Shown: positions 1 to 13,701, numbered from the stretch's first letter. The stretch: 64,000 bases of DNA from Octopus vulgaris (GCA_951406725.2 OX597827.1:5146001-5210000); one strand, 5' to 3'. Numbers and translations are program-made. Notes: generated from the letters alone by a model not told the origin.

Positions 1-228
1 CTCCAGAGAGAGGTAATTAAATTGATGGATCAGCTTATGAAAGTTACTGAATGAGTTAACAAAGTAATCACTAGAAATCCATGCACACCATGTAAAGGGA
101 TACTGTTAGCAATGAATTCAGCCAGAAATTGAGCATGCAAGCAAGTGTCTATCAGGCCATAACCGAGGAATTTAAAGCTAGCTTCTTACAGGGACACCTG
201 TCAGCCATGGACTTAGTTATAGTTGAAA
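1..228 (+). pseudogene. Possible highly degenerate RTE-like RT fragment
   Basis: Translation includes VSNEFS and QAITEEFK, resembling the RTE RT region upstream of YADD. Confidence 0.35.
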
Positions 229-229
229 C

Positions 230-850
230 AATCATCATCATCATCATCATCATCGCTTAACGTCCGTTTTCCACGCTAGCACGGGTTGGACGGTTCGACC
301 GGGGTCTGGGAAGCCAGGGGCTGAACCAGGCTCCAGTCTGATCTGGCAGTGTTTCTACAGCTGGATGCCCTTCCTAATGCCAACCACTCCGCGAGTGTAG
401 TGGGTGCTTTTTACGTGCCACCTGCACAGGTGCCAGGGGGGGGGGTCCGGCATCGGCCATGATCGGTTGGTGCTTTTAACGTGCCACCGGCACGGAAGCC
501 AGCCAAGGTGGCGCTGGCATCGGCCACGTTCAGATGGTGCTTTTTATGTGCCACCGGCACAGAAGCCAGTCGAGGCGGCGCTGGCATCTGCCACGTTCGG
601 ATGGTGCTTTTTATGTGCCACCGGCACAGAAGCCAGTCGAGGCGGCGCTGGCATCTGCCACGTTCGGATGGTGCTTTTTATGTGCCACCGGCACAGAAGC
701 CAGTCGAGGCGGCGCTGGCATCTGCCACGTTCGGATGGTGCTTTTTATGTGTCACCGGCACAGAAGCCAGTCGAGGCGGCGCTGGCATCGGCCACGTTCG
801 GATGGTGCTTTTTATGTGCCACCGGCACAGAAGCCAGTCGAGGCGGCGCT
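230..850 (-). mobile_element. (GAT)n-tailed retroposon (SINE family 4) with internal 67-bp tandem array
   Basis: The tail GGACGTTAA(A/G)CGATGATG is shared with 42476-42735, 53875-54214 and 55915-56066. About six 67-bp units lie at 467-850. Confidence 0.85.
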
Positions 851-1926
851 TAATCTTCTCGTTATTTACTTTTTTATTGATATATAATCACTTTTCTGAT
901 TCTGATATTAATCCCTGATGAACTCTGATTGCACACACCTATTGGATTCAAAAACCTTTATACAACCGCAGAATGAATAGTTTGTGTGTGTGTGTGTGTG
1001 TGTTAGTGGGCAAGGGATGTATCTGTGTTTGTACACACACATGCATGCACACCCTCACACATACTCATATATATGCATACACACACAGATGCATATTTAT
1101 ATACATATACATACATATGTGGAAACATACATAAGCTGTGTTATATCAGATAAAACTTTAAAATTTCTCAACTTAATGAACACAGTAAACTAGGTTGGGT
1201 ATAGTAATATGCTGAAAATATTTGATAAATATTTCATTACTACACAGAACACTATTTTTGACTGAACTGGGCGGCAGCAGTTCACAGGCACTGGAAGCAG
1301 ATAAATCAGTAGATATTTTTATGTGTTTGCTGCTCACTCTCTTTGAAAACTGGAAAACAGAGAGAGAGTGAAAAACATCTAAGCATGGCTTTCTGTTAGT
1401 ATCAGCAACAGAGCTTTTCCTTAAGTTTTTAAACTGATGAGAGCCTTTGCCAGTTACAGAAGTAGAAGGAACTGTCAGACGTGTTGAATGTATTTTGTGA
1501 TTGAACTTCAACATTGAATGTACAGCATTCAAAGTGAAAGTAAAACCAAGGCTAATAAATAAATGTACAAATGCAAATGTTGTTGTTGTTTTTTTTAACC
1601 CCAGTTCAACCTTGATGTGAGCAAAGCTATGATCAAAGACATTCAAGCCATGGCTATCCTGTCTTTTCAGACATACTGCATCTCAGACTAAAATAGCTAA
1701 TATGTATTTCCATTTTCCGAGAGAGATTTGGTTGTTGTTTCTAACAAAATGAGGGATTGCAGAGAGGCACTCCCATTAGCAAATGTTGTGTCTATAGGAA
1801 GCTGTGCCAGGGTAAAAGAAAGGAGATAGAAATAAATGTAACAGCAGCAGGGTCATGTGGTGGATTGTCGTATCAAGAAAACTCTGCTTCCATTGGCTTT
1901 TCAAGTTGTTGATGCTATCAGTTACC

Positions 1927-2145
1927 TCTCTTTTACTCTTTTACTTGTTTCAGTCATTTGACTGCGGCCATGCTGGAGCACCGCCTTTAGTCGAGCAACT
2001 TGACCCCGGGACTTATTCTTTTTTTTGTAAACCCAGTACTTATTCTATCGGTCTCTTTTTGCCGAACCGCTAAGTGACGGGGACGTAAACACACCAGCAT
2101 CGGTTGTCAAGCAATGCTAGGGAGACAAACACACACACATACACA

Positions 2146-2183
<38 letters not shown>

Positions 2184-2352
2184 CATATATACGACAGGCT
2201 TCTTTCAGTTTCCGTCTACCAAATCCACTCACAAGGCATTGGTCAGTCCGGGGCTATAGCAGAAAACACTTGCCCAAGATGCCACACAGTGGGATTGAAC
2301 CTGGAACCATGTGGTTGGTTAGCAAGCTACTTACCACACAGCCACTCCTGCC
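1927..2352 (-). mobile_element. tRNA-headed SINE family 1 (representative of ~20 copies)
   Basis: Head GGCGCAGGAGTGGCTGTGTGGT (A-box-like), GGTTCAGTCCC (B-box-like), internal (TA)n(TG)n and tail GAAACAAGTAAAAGAG. Other copies at ~3255-3515, 7370-7772, 17246-17615, 21045-21240, 22710-22895, 29443-29870, 53495-53865 and 61040-61535. Confidence 0.9.
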
Positions 2353-3312
2353 CAATCCTTGAGAGAAGTGCAATAATTTTTCTTTTTCAGTAGTAGAGTG
2401 GAATTTGAACTCAGAATGCTCAGAATCGGAACAAATATTGATTTCAAGTTTTGGTGCAAGGAAGAGAATGAGTTGATGACATCAGAATCAGTGCTCAACT
2501 GATACTTATTTTATCAATCCTGAAAGGATAAAAGACAAAGTCGACCTTGGTGGAATTTGAACTCAGAACATAAAACTCGGAAATGCTGCTGAGCATTTTG
2601 CCTGGTGTGCTAGCATTTTGCCAGGTGTCGGAAAAAAAATTTTAAAGTCGGAAAAAAAATTTTAACGAGCATTCCATCTAACCCTCTGACAATTCATTCC
2701 TTTATTCCACCAGTCTGGACTGGTCCTTTTTTAACCCCTGATGGAGGAAAGGTAAACTTGACTTCAGCAGGATTTGAACTGTATGTGCAGTGTGTCAGAA
2801 CAACTACGATGGGGTATTTTATCCAACTCGCTAATGTCTCCACCAATTTACTACTGTTGGGGATGGGGGTGGATATAGAAGGGGAATAAAAGGATTGAAT
2901 TAAATATAAACCACAATTTGGAAGATTTCATACCAATGCCATTTATTAAGGTAGTGTATGATGTTAAAAGACATTGTTCATCCTTTAGTTTTATGACTAT
3001 GAATGAGAATCCAGTTGCAACTTACACAGAATTTAATGTATTTGTTACATATGACAATGTTCAAAATTGTATGTTTAAACTCAGTAAATGTAAAACATTT
3101 AAAATTAATGGAAAAAAACTGCTTTCAGTATTTCATATTAGAATGATTTTGCTCTAATAATTTCCAAAAATTTTTGAATTTGCAGAACTACTCAACACAT
3201 AGTGAGTACTCATTTGGTTGATTAGCTGAAGTTCCAGCTCATTGAATTAGTATTGTTGACAAGCAGTGTGTAGGGACAAGCACAAACGCAAAGACATGTA
3301 CATTATCATAGT

Positions 3313-3364
<52 letters not shown>

Positions 3365-3723
3365 TATATGATGGGCTTCCACACAGCTTCTGTGTACCAA
3401 ATTCATTCACAAGCCATTGTTCAGGCTGGAGCTATAGTAGAAGATTCTTGTCTAAGATGGTACCCTTTGGGACTGAACCCAAACCATGTGGCTACAGAGT
3501 GAGCTTCTTACCACACAAAAAAAATTTTGAAAATTGCATATAATGAAATGTTTTAACAGGATTTCGAAAACAGCCCCATTTTTTTCAATTAAATTGTTAG
3601 ACGTTTAAATGAACAACAGAGGGTTTAATTCTTCACAGTTGGCATGTAATGTTCATCTTAATATGTAGCTATTCTATAACGTGGTGCAACAATCTAAGAA
3701 CGTTAACAATTATATATATATAT

Positions 3724-4037
3724 ATCATCGTGATCATCAACGTGACCGACCAGTCTATCAGATGTTTCTACACATCGCTGGTCACAATGCTCTTCGCATT
3801 GTTTTAGCCTTTCAAATGATGCCACCCCACTGGCAAAGCGAGCAGGCCAACAGAAGAAAGAGTGAGAGAAAGTTGTAGCGAAAGAGTACAGCAGGGACCA
3901 CCACCACCCCCTGCCAGAGCCTCGTGGAGCTTTAGGTGTTTTCGCTCAATTAACACTCACAACGCCCGGTCTGGGAATCGAAACCACAATCCTACGACCG
4001 CGAGTCCGCTGCCCTGACCACTGGGCCATTGCGCCTC

Positions 4038-4038
<1 letters not shown>
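3724..4038 (-). mobile_element. tRNA-headed SINE family 2
   Basis: Minus-strand head GGAGGCGCAATGGCCCAGTGG (A box) and GTTTCGATTCCC (B box); homolog at 25962-26272 (+). Confidence 0.85.
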
Positions 4039-4083
<45 letters not shown>

Positions 4084-4509
4084 AATATATATTATTACAG
4101 ATGTATGTGTATTTTATTTATATATGTGGTTACATATTGGTAAAATCATATCTACCTATCTACCTATCTACTAGACAGGTAGTAGTTACTACTGGTTAAA
4201 ACAGTGAATATAATATCATGCTTCTTTAAGCTATTGTGCTGCTACAGGTGGGAATGATCTACTGAAGTTGCACAGATCCCACAATGGTTTTTCTGTGCAG
4301 AGTAGGAAAAGCAAAATCCATATCTTGACATTAATAACTGTCACAGTGTTTACAATATATAGCCGTACTAACATGAAAAGAATACAATATTCACAAGAGA
4401 GGGAAGCTGTGTTACAGAGAGAGATCAAGCAATTCCGAGAGAAGAGGTGAACAGAAATACTATAGAGAAATGGGCAACTTTGATCTATGACACTTTTATA
4501 CCTAGATCA

Positions 4510-4627
4510 TGTGTGGGTGTGTGTGTGTGTGTAAGTGTATAGCTTATATATCTTTTTTATTATTTATAAATATGTGTGTGTGTATACATGCATATATCTG
4601 TATATGTTTTTATTATGTGTGTGTATG

Positions 4628-4676
<49 letters not shown>

Positions 4677-4876
4677 GTATACATACACACATATAGAAAT
4701 ATATGTTATACATTTATGTGTATGTATATATTTAAATGAAAGTATATTTCTATATTTCTAAGTGTATGTATGCATGTATGTATGTATGTATGTATGTATG
4801 TATGTATGTATGTATGTATGTATGTATGTATGTATGTATGTATGTATGTATGTATGTATGTACGTACGTATGTATG

Positions 4877-4917
<41 letters not shown>

Positions 4918-5025
4918 ATGTGTGTGTATGTATGTACACATACACACATATAGAAATATATATGTTATACAGTTATGTGTATGTATATATTTAAGTGAAA
5001 GTATATTTCTATATTTCTACGTGTA

Positions 5026-5061
<36 letters not shown>

Positions 5062-5065
5062 CATG
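4510..5065. repeat. Compound TA/TG/TATG microsatellite with a duplicated ~85-bp unique spacer
   Basis: 4680-4760 is repeated at 4936-5019; (TATG)n runs 4765-4880. Confidence 0.9.
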
Positions 5066-5557
5066 CACAATTTAAATGTAAGTGTGTATATGTGTAGCAA
5101 TCATAATACAAACATAATACAATGCCTTTGAATCTATACAAATAAAAAAAACTCCTTCCTACATTTCTGCTAAATGTAGAAGGTATCAACTCAGAAATAA
5201 CATGAGCAAAAATGGAAGACTGCTTATGTAGATGGCTGGATTGCTCAACCCCATCCCTTTATTCTAGGAAACAACTGCTGCTATATCTATCACATGCATA
5301 CTGTACTGAACATTACAGACTTCACTTCTACTCACACAGAATGAGCAGGCTATAAGAAAAAAAAGGAAGTAAAGCCAGCATTTTCCTCCATGATACACTT
5401 AACACAAATGCAAAGGTTACATTTTCAAATGGCTACTGTGAGTCCTGTACCTAACCATTGAGGTACAGGGATCCCTGTACCTAACTATTGAGCTCCACAT
5501 GACATCCCTAACAGAGCTTCTGTAAGTACCCTAATGAAATAAGTCCTTCATATAAAT

Positions 5558-6059
5558 CAGTGGTTCCCAAACGTTTTTGGACAGTAAACTTTTAGGTTTT
5601 ATTTCTATTTCTTTTTGTTCTTTGATTATATTCAAGAAAACAAGCAACTTTATTCAGATTATTCAGAGATGCAGCACGGATTTTTGTCAGTGAACAGGTC
5701 GCGGTCTTAAAGTGAAGAAAATATTTTGACAAATTAAACTTAAATGTTGAAGTGAATCGAACGGCTTTTGTGTGTTTCTTAAATGACTTACGAACACCTT
5801 CCACACTGCAATTGTTTTCGTTTCAGCACACGATCTCAGATCAAATCACTTGCTATGCAAGTACATCTCCTTTATTCAGATTGATTTTTTTAAACTGGAG
5901 TTTACCATTGAAAAATAAAAGAGGCATTGCCATTCGTTGCCCCCACCCCTCATTTTGGCCATCCTTTTACCATCCCATTTTTCTTCAGCACCTCCTTGTA
6001 TCTTTCCAGTCTCCCATCCCAGGGGGGACAGTGTACACCACCCACTTGGCGAACCACTG
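5558..6059. mobile_element. hAT-type MITE
   Basis: Termini CAGTGGTTCCCAA / TTGGCGAACCACTG. The 8-bp flanks ATATAAAT / ACATAACC match at 5 of 8 positions. Confidence 0.6.
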
Positions 6060-8274
6060 ACATAACCGGACAGTTTATTGATTGTGTCTGGTATCTGTGT
6101 CTCTTATCAAAAGTTCCTACCTTTGGGCTCCATCCATTCCTCTTTTCCTGGATATGAAGCTTCCTGTCAGATTGTACCATTGCAGTGTGAGTCGACAGGG
6201 CTCTTTCTGAACCGTTTTTGATTTATTCGTGTGTGACCCAAGTTCAGTTTTGTCCTGCACTCTCTTCTACATACCAAAGATCTACTTACAATCACATCCA
6301 CTAATGCATTCCTGATGTACTTGTCTCTTGTCCTCTTAATCCTCATTGCTTTTTTGTCCAACCGACTAAACCCCTAACTGACCACTGCATCCCAGTTCTT
6401 CCTCCTCAGAACATCATCCCTCTGGAACCTTTTACTTGATCTTCTTTTTCCTTCGGGAGTCAATTTGAAAAAGTTTAAATGGCAACATTAACAGTATGAC
6501 TCTCTCATTCTCTGTCTCACTCACTCACTCTCTCTCTTTTCCTCTCATCTTGGACACACTGCAACAAAGACCATGGGCTCTGCACTTTCCTTAAAAGTCA
6601 TTAAAAGCAAAAACAAAATAAAGTCACCCATGATTCTTTCCCATAGAGAGGTTAGATGAAAGTAATGTCACCTCACTTGGCAAAAGCAAAGGCTTTGAAC
6701 CTGTCTGCTCTAAGGATCCTCTAATTAAGTTGTCCATGTATGAGTTTAATCAGTGCACTTGTGGTGCACCTGAGCGCTGTATGCAATAATTTCATTATTA
6801 TTAACATTGACTGAAAGTTTTATGTCAGATCACAACTTGGCAGTGTGTGCTGATGGGACTCTCACGGATCCTCCTTATATCAACTCTAGTTCCTTCTAGG
6901 GTTTGCTATGTCTCTCACATTCTAAAATTTACACAAAGGAATACCTCCCACCCACATGCACACACACACGCATAATATTAAATGGATGGTGCTAGAAAGG
7001 AAATCCAACCAAAGTAGATATTGGAATATGATACAGTCTGCTGGTTTGTCAGTCCTGTTGAACCAGCGAAGCCATACCAACAAGGAAGATAGACATTAAA
7101 CAATGATGATGATAACAATGGTGATGATGAAGATGACACACACACACACACACATATACAGTTATATAAACACACACACATACTTGCACACTCACAAATA
7201 CAAAGACATATGGGTGTTTAATTTATAACTGTGGGCCCAACAAAATGTACCTCACACACACACACACACACTTTTATTCCTTAAGCAAGAATGTTGTTCA
7301 TAGTGACTTTTAGGTATTGTCGCATGGGCCAAAACTTCGAAGTCAATTCTACCAACATTCTTACACTATTACTTTTTTTCTTGTTTCAGTCATTTGACTG
7401 TGGCCATGCTGGAGCACCACTTTTAGTCAAGCAAATCGACCCCAGGACTTATTCTTTGTAAGCCTAGTAATTATTCTATCAGTCTCTTTTGCCGAACCAC
7501 TAAGTAACGGGTATGTAAACACACCAGCATCAGTTGTCAAGCGATGCTGGGGGGACAGAAACAGACACACAAACATACATACATATATATATATCTTATA
7601 TATACATATATACGATGGGCTTCTTTCAGTTTCCTTCGACCAAATTCACTCACAAGGCTTTGGTTGGCCTGAGGCTATAGTAGAAGACACTTGCTCAAGA
7701 TGCCACCCAGTGGGACTGAACCCGGAACTATATGGTTCCTAAGCAAGCTACTTACCACATAGCCACTCCTACTCTAGAAATGTATAGAATAATCCATCAG
7801 ATTAATGGGAAATGAATTTTATTATAACTGAAACTAAAAACAAATATTAATGTGTGTGTGTTTGTGTGTTTGTGAACTCTATAGAATTCTTGATTCTTGA
7901 GATTATCTGCCCTGCTCAAGTGGATCTAGTCTTAATTGCCATTTGGTAATTCTGACATATTGTCTAAAGGTGGAGGTAATTTTAATAACTCTGAAATTTA
8001 TGTCGAATACTATTTTGTATATCTTTGTTTATCTATGCTGTTCAAATCTATGCAATTGGCCACTGTTAGTTATTTCTTTCAAATCATTTTTGCTTAATAT
8101 GTGTGTGTGTGTGTGTGTGTGTGCGTGGGTACATATTACGTGTGTGTGCGTGTGTGTGTGTACATATTACGTGCGTGCGCGCACTTATACACATCAATGG
8201 AAATTGTGACGCATATTTCTTTTAAAACTTAGTATAAAACAAATTTTGTCTTTATTGTAAACAAGTTATTGAAA

Positions 8275-8676
8275 TCTTTATATATAAAAGTGAGGTTGTG
8301 CGCTGTCTGTCTCCTACGATTTAGATTCCTAACTACTCCCACATTTTGCGGTGCAGTTTAACCAAAACCGGGTATCTTATAGTCGTGATTCATATCGAGC
8401 CCTTCTGAGTATTAGCGCGTGTCTACGATGAGTCTACGATTTTAAAAATAATTTACCATAATTTTTTTCCCTTTTTAATGCATTTTTTCCGCTATTATAT
8501 AAGGGAAGTAACTCTCTAAAAATGTCTACGATGAGTCAACGATTTAAAAAAAAATTTACCATAATTTTTTTTCATTTTTAATGCATTTTTTTGCTATTCT
8601 TTGGCTATAACTCTCTAAAAATGCTTATATAGTTATTTCCCTTACAAACCCGAGCAACGCCGGGCGATACTGCTAC
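8275..8676 (+). mobile_element. Non-autonomous Helitron (body A)
   Basis: A|TCTTTATATATAAAAG 5' end; 3' hairpin CCCGAGCAACGCCGGG then CTAC|T (CTAG variant); no TSD. Confidence 0.85.
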
Positions 8677-9097
8677 TAAATTATAAGAGTCACTGGAAAA
8701 ACTTGTGTGCTTGTGTATATTTGTGTATGCTCACGTGTGCGTGTTTGTTATGTTTGTACGTGCGTGCGTGTGTGTGTATATGTTCCCGCTTGTTCTTGAT
8801 GACCCGCATGTGTGCGCTCCTTTGAGTGGAGGTGTCTTAATGTGTATGTACGTGTGTGTATGTGCGTGTCTGTCTGTGCGCGCGTGTCCCTGTCTGTGTC
8901 TGTTGCATGTGTGTGTGTGCACATGTATATCCAAGTACTTGCTTGTGTTTGGGGCCCATGTGGGGACAGGCACGTGAGATCTTGCCTATATTTGAGCATG
9001 TGCGTTGATACGCATGTCCTGTATGTGTAAAAGCATGTGCGAACATGTATATGTATACGGGCGTGCGTCTGTGTGTGTCCCCTTGCCATAGCGTGCA

Positions 9098-9135
<38 letters not shown>

Positions 9136-9659
9136 GCCATAGCATGCAGCATGTGTGTGTGTGTGTGTGTGTCCCTGCCATAGCGTGCTGCATGTGTGTG
9201 TGTGTGTCTCTGCCATAGCGTGCATCATGTGTGTGTGTGTTGTAGAATGCTGAATGCAAGTTTTGTGTATTTATAAGAATTATCTAAATCTGCCGATCAT
9301 GTAAAGCCATTTCAAAGACTCGATACAGAGAATAGTTATCTCCCTTACACAACCTTTTATAGAATGTGAATTGAAATTCCAATATCAGAAATGCTTCTAA
9401 TTTTCTCATTCCATACAACTAAGTTTTAAAATCTTTACTTCTTCGTTTTTCCTCGATTCAGTCATCGGACTCCAACAATGCCAGAGCACAGCAATCAAGG
9501 ACGTGAATTGATCATTTCTCTATACTTTTTTTTATCTTATTGAACTGCATCGAATGACTAAACTGTTCCTTGATAAAAATAGATCCAACCACTTCATACC
9601 GGTGTATTGGAAAAGCAGACATAAACGAGCGTGCACACACACAACTTAGATTTATGCAT

Positions 9660-9910
9660 CAAACTCCCGGCATCAGTTGTTAGTTGTCGGAGCACTGCAT
9701 CCTTCAAAACTTCCATGATTCCTGAGATTCGCCAACACTACACCTGATTTTCTCCCCTCCATACACACACAAGCATGTATCTGACTCATACACTGTTCAC
9801 TTTCCAGACATTTGTACATTACTGCATATACTTTATACATACTTTTGACAAGTTGTGGTGCACCTGAGCACTGTATACAATAATTTCATTATATTATTAT
9901 TATTATTATA

Positions 9911-9943
<33 letters not shown>
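9660..9943 (+). mobile_element. CR1/L2-type LINE 3' end with (ATT)n tail
   Basis: Near-identical to 12060-12320. Confidence 0.75.
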
Positions 9944-9946
<3 letters not shown>

Positions 9947-10420
9947 TAGTTTTATTTTTATAGCGTGCTTTCACTTCTCTACCGAGCACAGCTCTGTGTG
10001 TCTTGGGTATGTGCTGTGATTTGTTGTGATGCTCTGATGGTTACTGTATTGAAAGTGTTTTGCATAGGATGTGTGCAGTGCCTAGTAGTGCAATTTTCTG
10101 TATGTTATATGTGTTTAAACATATATACTTACACACGTGTGTAAATATTTTTTTACATACATGAATGATAAGTGAAAAGATGTTAAAGGATTTATAGATA
10201 ATAGGTACATACAATGGGTCTCCAGAATACCCAAGTGAATAAACTCCTTTATGTGCAGGGAAGCAGGATCCACATTAAACAAAAAGAGTTGGTTATAGGC
10301 AATTTATCATTTGAGCTGATGTGGTTGTAATAGGATGAAACATGAACATTTAGTCCCACAGCATCAAATTAATTCATAATATATCTATTTATGTATTGAA
10401 AGAAGTTATATATAAATATA

Positions 10421-10822
10421 TAGGTGTAGGAGTGGCTGTGTGATAAGTAGCTTGCTTACGAACCACATGGTTCCGGGTTCAGTCCCACTGCATGGCACCT
10501 TGGGCAAGTGTCTTTTACTATAGCCTCAAGCCAACCAAAGCCTTGTGAGTGGATTTGGTAGACGGAAACTGAAAGAAGCCCGTCGTAAATATGTATATAT
10601 ATATATATGTATGTGTGTGAGTGTTTGTGTGTATGTTTGTCCCCCAACATCGCTTGGCAACCGATGCTGGTGTGTTTACGTCCCTGTAACTTAGCGGTTC
10701 AGCAAAAAAGACCGATAGAATAAGTACTAAGCTTACAAAAAATAAGTCCTGGGGTCGATTTGCTTGACTAAAGGCTGTGCTCCAGCATGGCCACAGTCAA
10801 ATGACTGAAACAAGTAAAAGAG
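10421..10822 (+). mobile_element. SINE family 1 copy
   Basis: Full-length match to the family pattern. Confidence 0.9.
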
Positions 10823-10889
10823 AGTGGAGGAAGTTATATATAAAAATATACAAAAATGTATATGAAGAAACCATGAAAGATCCATAGGG

Positions 10890-11960
10890 TTCACTCTGTT
10901 GTGTTGCCAGCAATCTGTGGCAGGGAGCTCCATCATGCTGGAAAGTCTCACCTTCATCTAAATCTGGTATCAAATTGTCCTTCAGCAACTGGATGTATTT
11001 GACACAAGTCAAATTACCAACAGTTTTAACCAACTTTTTTGAACCATCACTTTTTATGTGTCCCCAAAGCATCAGACTCTTACCCCCAAACTTCACTGTT
11101 TTCATAATGTAACATGGGTCATTTCACTTTCTTAGAGGCCTTCCGACAAATTCTCGCTTATTAGAAAGCAAAACAACCCATGTTACACATGATGAAAACT
11201 GTGGAGATTTGGGGTAAGAGTCTGATGCTCTGGGGATACAGAAGAAGGGATGGTTCAAAGAAGTTGGTTAAAATTGTTGGTAATTTGAATAGTGTCAAAT
11301 ACATCCAGTTGAAGAAAGGACAATTTGATGCCAGACGTGGATGAAGGTGAGATTTTTCAGGATGACGTGCAATACAACAGAGTCTGGCTAATTAAGGTGT
11401 TACCGGATTGAAAGATTGGCCAGCTCAGAGCCCTGACTTAAATATCATTCAGCAAATGTGGACGGAACTAGAGAGAAGAGTTTGTCAGAAGAATCCATGC
11501 AATCTTGAAGAGTTGTGGGAGCTCAGCCACAGAGAATGGCATCTCATACTTGTGAAGATGGTGAAGGATTTGTACTCATCTCTTCCCAGGTACATTGAAG
11601 CAATTATTTAAGCTAAGGGAAGCCACATAAAATATTAACAATGTACAGTAACTTCTTCAAATGAACATTATGTAATAAACTTTCATTATAGACATTTTTC
11701 TGTTTTAAAACACTGTATCTTGATTGGTTTATGTGAGGTAGCCGGAAACATTTGCATGGCCTTTTTAGTGGTCGTCTTGCATCTTCCCCTCTCATTCAGA
11801 ACCCCTGCTACAAAATATAATGATTAGGTATGGAAATGACTACAACAGAGCCAATGTTTCATCTGTAAAAAACGCAATGTGAAACATTCACTTATAAGTT
11901 GGCAATTAGTAGAAATTTACAATAGTTTAAAGTGGCCAAAGACTTTTGCACGGTACTATA
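10890..11960. mobile_element. Tc1-family transposon relic with an inverted duplicate segment
   Basis: Minus 10890-11170 encodes TVKFGGKSLMLWG...FQHDGAPCH. Plus 11175-11637 encodes the same region, then WPAQSPDLNIIQQMW...AIIKAKGSHIKY. The right end CTTTTGCACGGTACTA-TA resembles a Tc1 TIR. Confidence 0.88.
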
Positions 11961-12037
11961 TATATATGTATAGATAGATAGATAGAAACACATATATATG
12001 TATATGAACATAGTTGTTGGTGTCTGTGTTTAGACAA

Positions 12038-12322
12038 AGAGTTGCTGAAGCATGGAACAAACTGCCGGCATCGGTTGTTAGTTGTCGGAGCACTGCATCC
12101 TTCAAAACTTCCATGCTACCTGAGATTCGCTAACACTACACCTGATTTTCTCCCCTCCATACACACACAAGCATGTATCTGACTCATACACTGTTCACTT
12201 CCCAGACATTTGTACATTACTGCATATGCCTTATACACACTTTTGTCAAGTTGTGGTGCACCTGAGCACTGTATGCAATAATTCCATTATTATTATTATT
12301 ATTATCATCATTATTATTATTA
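12038..12322 (+). mobile_element. CR1/L2-type LINE 3' end with (ATT)n tail
   Basis: Translates RVAEAWNKLPASVVSCRSTASFK, typical of a CR1-like ORF2 C-terminus. Homologs lie at 9660-9943 and 6750-6805. Confidence 0.75.
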
Positions 12323-12474
12323 TAAATCAAATTCCGCCGAGGTCGACTTTGCCTTTCATCCTTTCGGGGTCAATAAATTAAGCACCAGTTGCGTACTGAA
12401 GTTGATCTAATCGACTGGCCCCCCCTACCCCAAAATTTCGGGCCTTGTGCCTAGAGCAGAAAAGATTATTATTA

Positions 12475-12538
<64 letters not shown>

Positions 12539-13701
12539 ATAGTAATGATTTTAAAAAAGGGGACTTCTGTGATTTATGTTTGTAATATCAACATCTGCCA
12601 TATCCCTTTTCCACCTTAAGTTCAGTGGTTTAAATTCTCAGTATCTTCAGGTTTCGTGTCAACGTATTTTCTCCCACCAGTTATCTCCCTTATTCAATAT
12701 ATCCAAATTAGTTTTTTCCATATATTTTTCTCTTTTCCTTATATTTTTCAGAAGCTCTCCATGTGCTTATTTTCCTCTAAATCTGCAAACTATTAGAGAT
12801 GATGTATTATACAAATAAATTACTTATCTAAAGAAGATAGAAACGATATTTTTAAAATTCAGAAACATATTCTGAGATCGTCCCTGATAGTTGCTATTTT
12901 TTAAGACTTTCCAGTTTAATTAACAAAAAAAAAAAAAAATAAATAATAATAATTAAGACAATATATTTATCTTCCAACATTGAAAACATACAGTTAAAAT
13001 TATTCATATTTATAGAATTTGTAAAGATGGCAAAACCTGAAATTTTTCATTTATAGATTAGATTATAATTGATTAAAAGCTAATCATAGATTAACTGCTT
13101 GTGTCTTGAATTATTTGTTATTGGAGACACAGGTAATATATTTATAGAAGAAATAATTTAACTGATTGATAAATGTATCAATTTTACCTCCAGTTCATTC
13201 TGTTGGTGCCTATCTAGATGTGCACGGGGAAAGAGACCTGCTCAACCCCCACATCATCACCTTTGACCCTGTTGAGCATCCAGGATGTGGTGGGAGAGAG
13301 GGTTGTACCAGTAATTGGTTATTTCATATTGTAGCTAAGTGGAATAGGTTAATGTGAAATGAAATGCCTTGTCCAAGAGCACAACACACTGACAAGTCCA
13401 GGAACCAAAACCATGACAATTAGCCAGACACCCTAACTGTAGGGCCATGTGCCTTTTCTCTATTACCAGACAGCATTTTGTTTATGATACACGCAAAATA
13501 GTGAATCTTTTTTGTGCAAGATAAAAGAAAAAAAAAACCTCTTTGCTGCTAAAGACAGAATTTCTATAAATATTTTACTGCTTTTATTAATTCTAATTTT
13601 GATCCCAAGTCCTGATTATGTTACATAGGGGACAAAATCTCTTATTTACTCCTGTCTGTCCAACTTCTCCCTATCTCTCTATCTATACTTATAATTTTAC
13701 A

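Noticed and set aside
404-918. Three overlapping repetitive ORFs, CRISPR-like periodicity
   Set aside because: The units are identical 67-bp tandem repeats with no unique spacers or cas genes. The ORFs arise because the unit lacks stop codons.
2114-2362. Recurrent small ORF family (IRQASFSFRLPNPLT.../YDRLLSVSVYQIHSQG...)
   Set aside because: It is the antisense translation of SINE family 1, repeated at every copy, and not a gene family.
6120-6480. Possible LINE endonuclease relic on the minus strand
   Set aside because: Only a vague resemblance (DVIVS...TELGSH), too degenerate to support.
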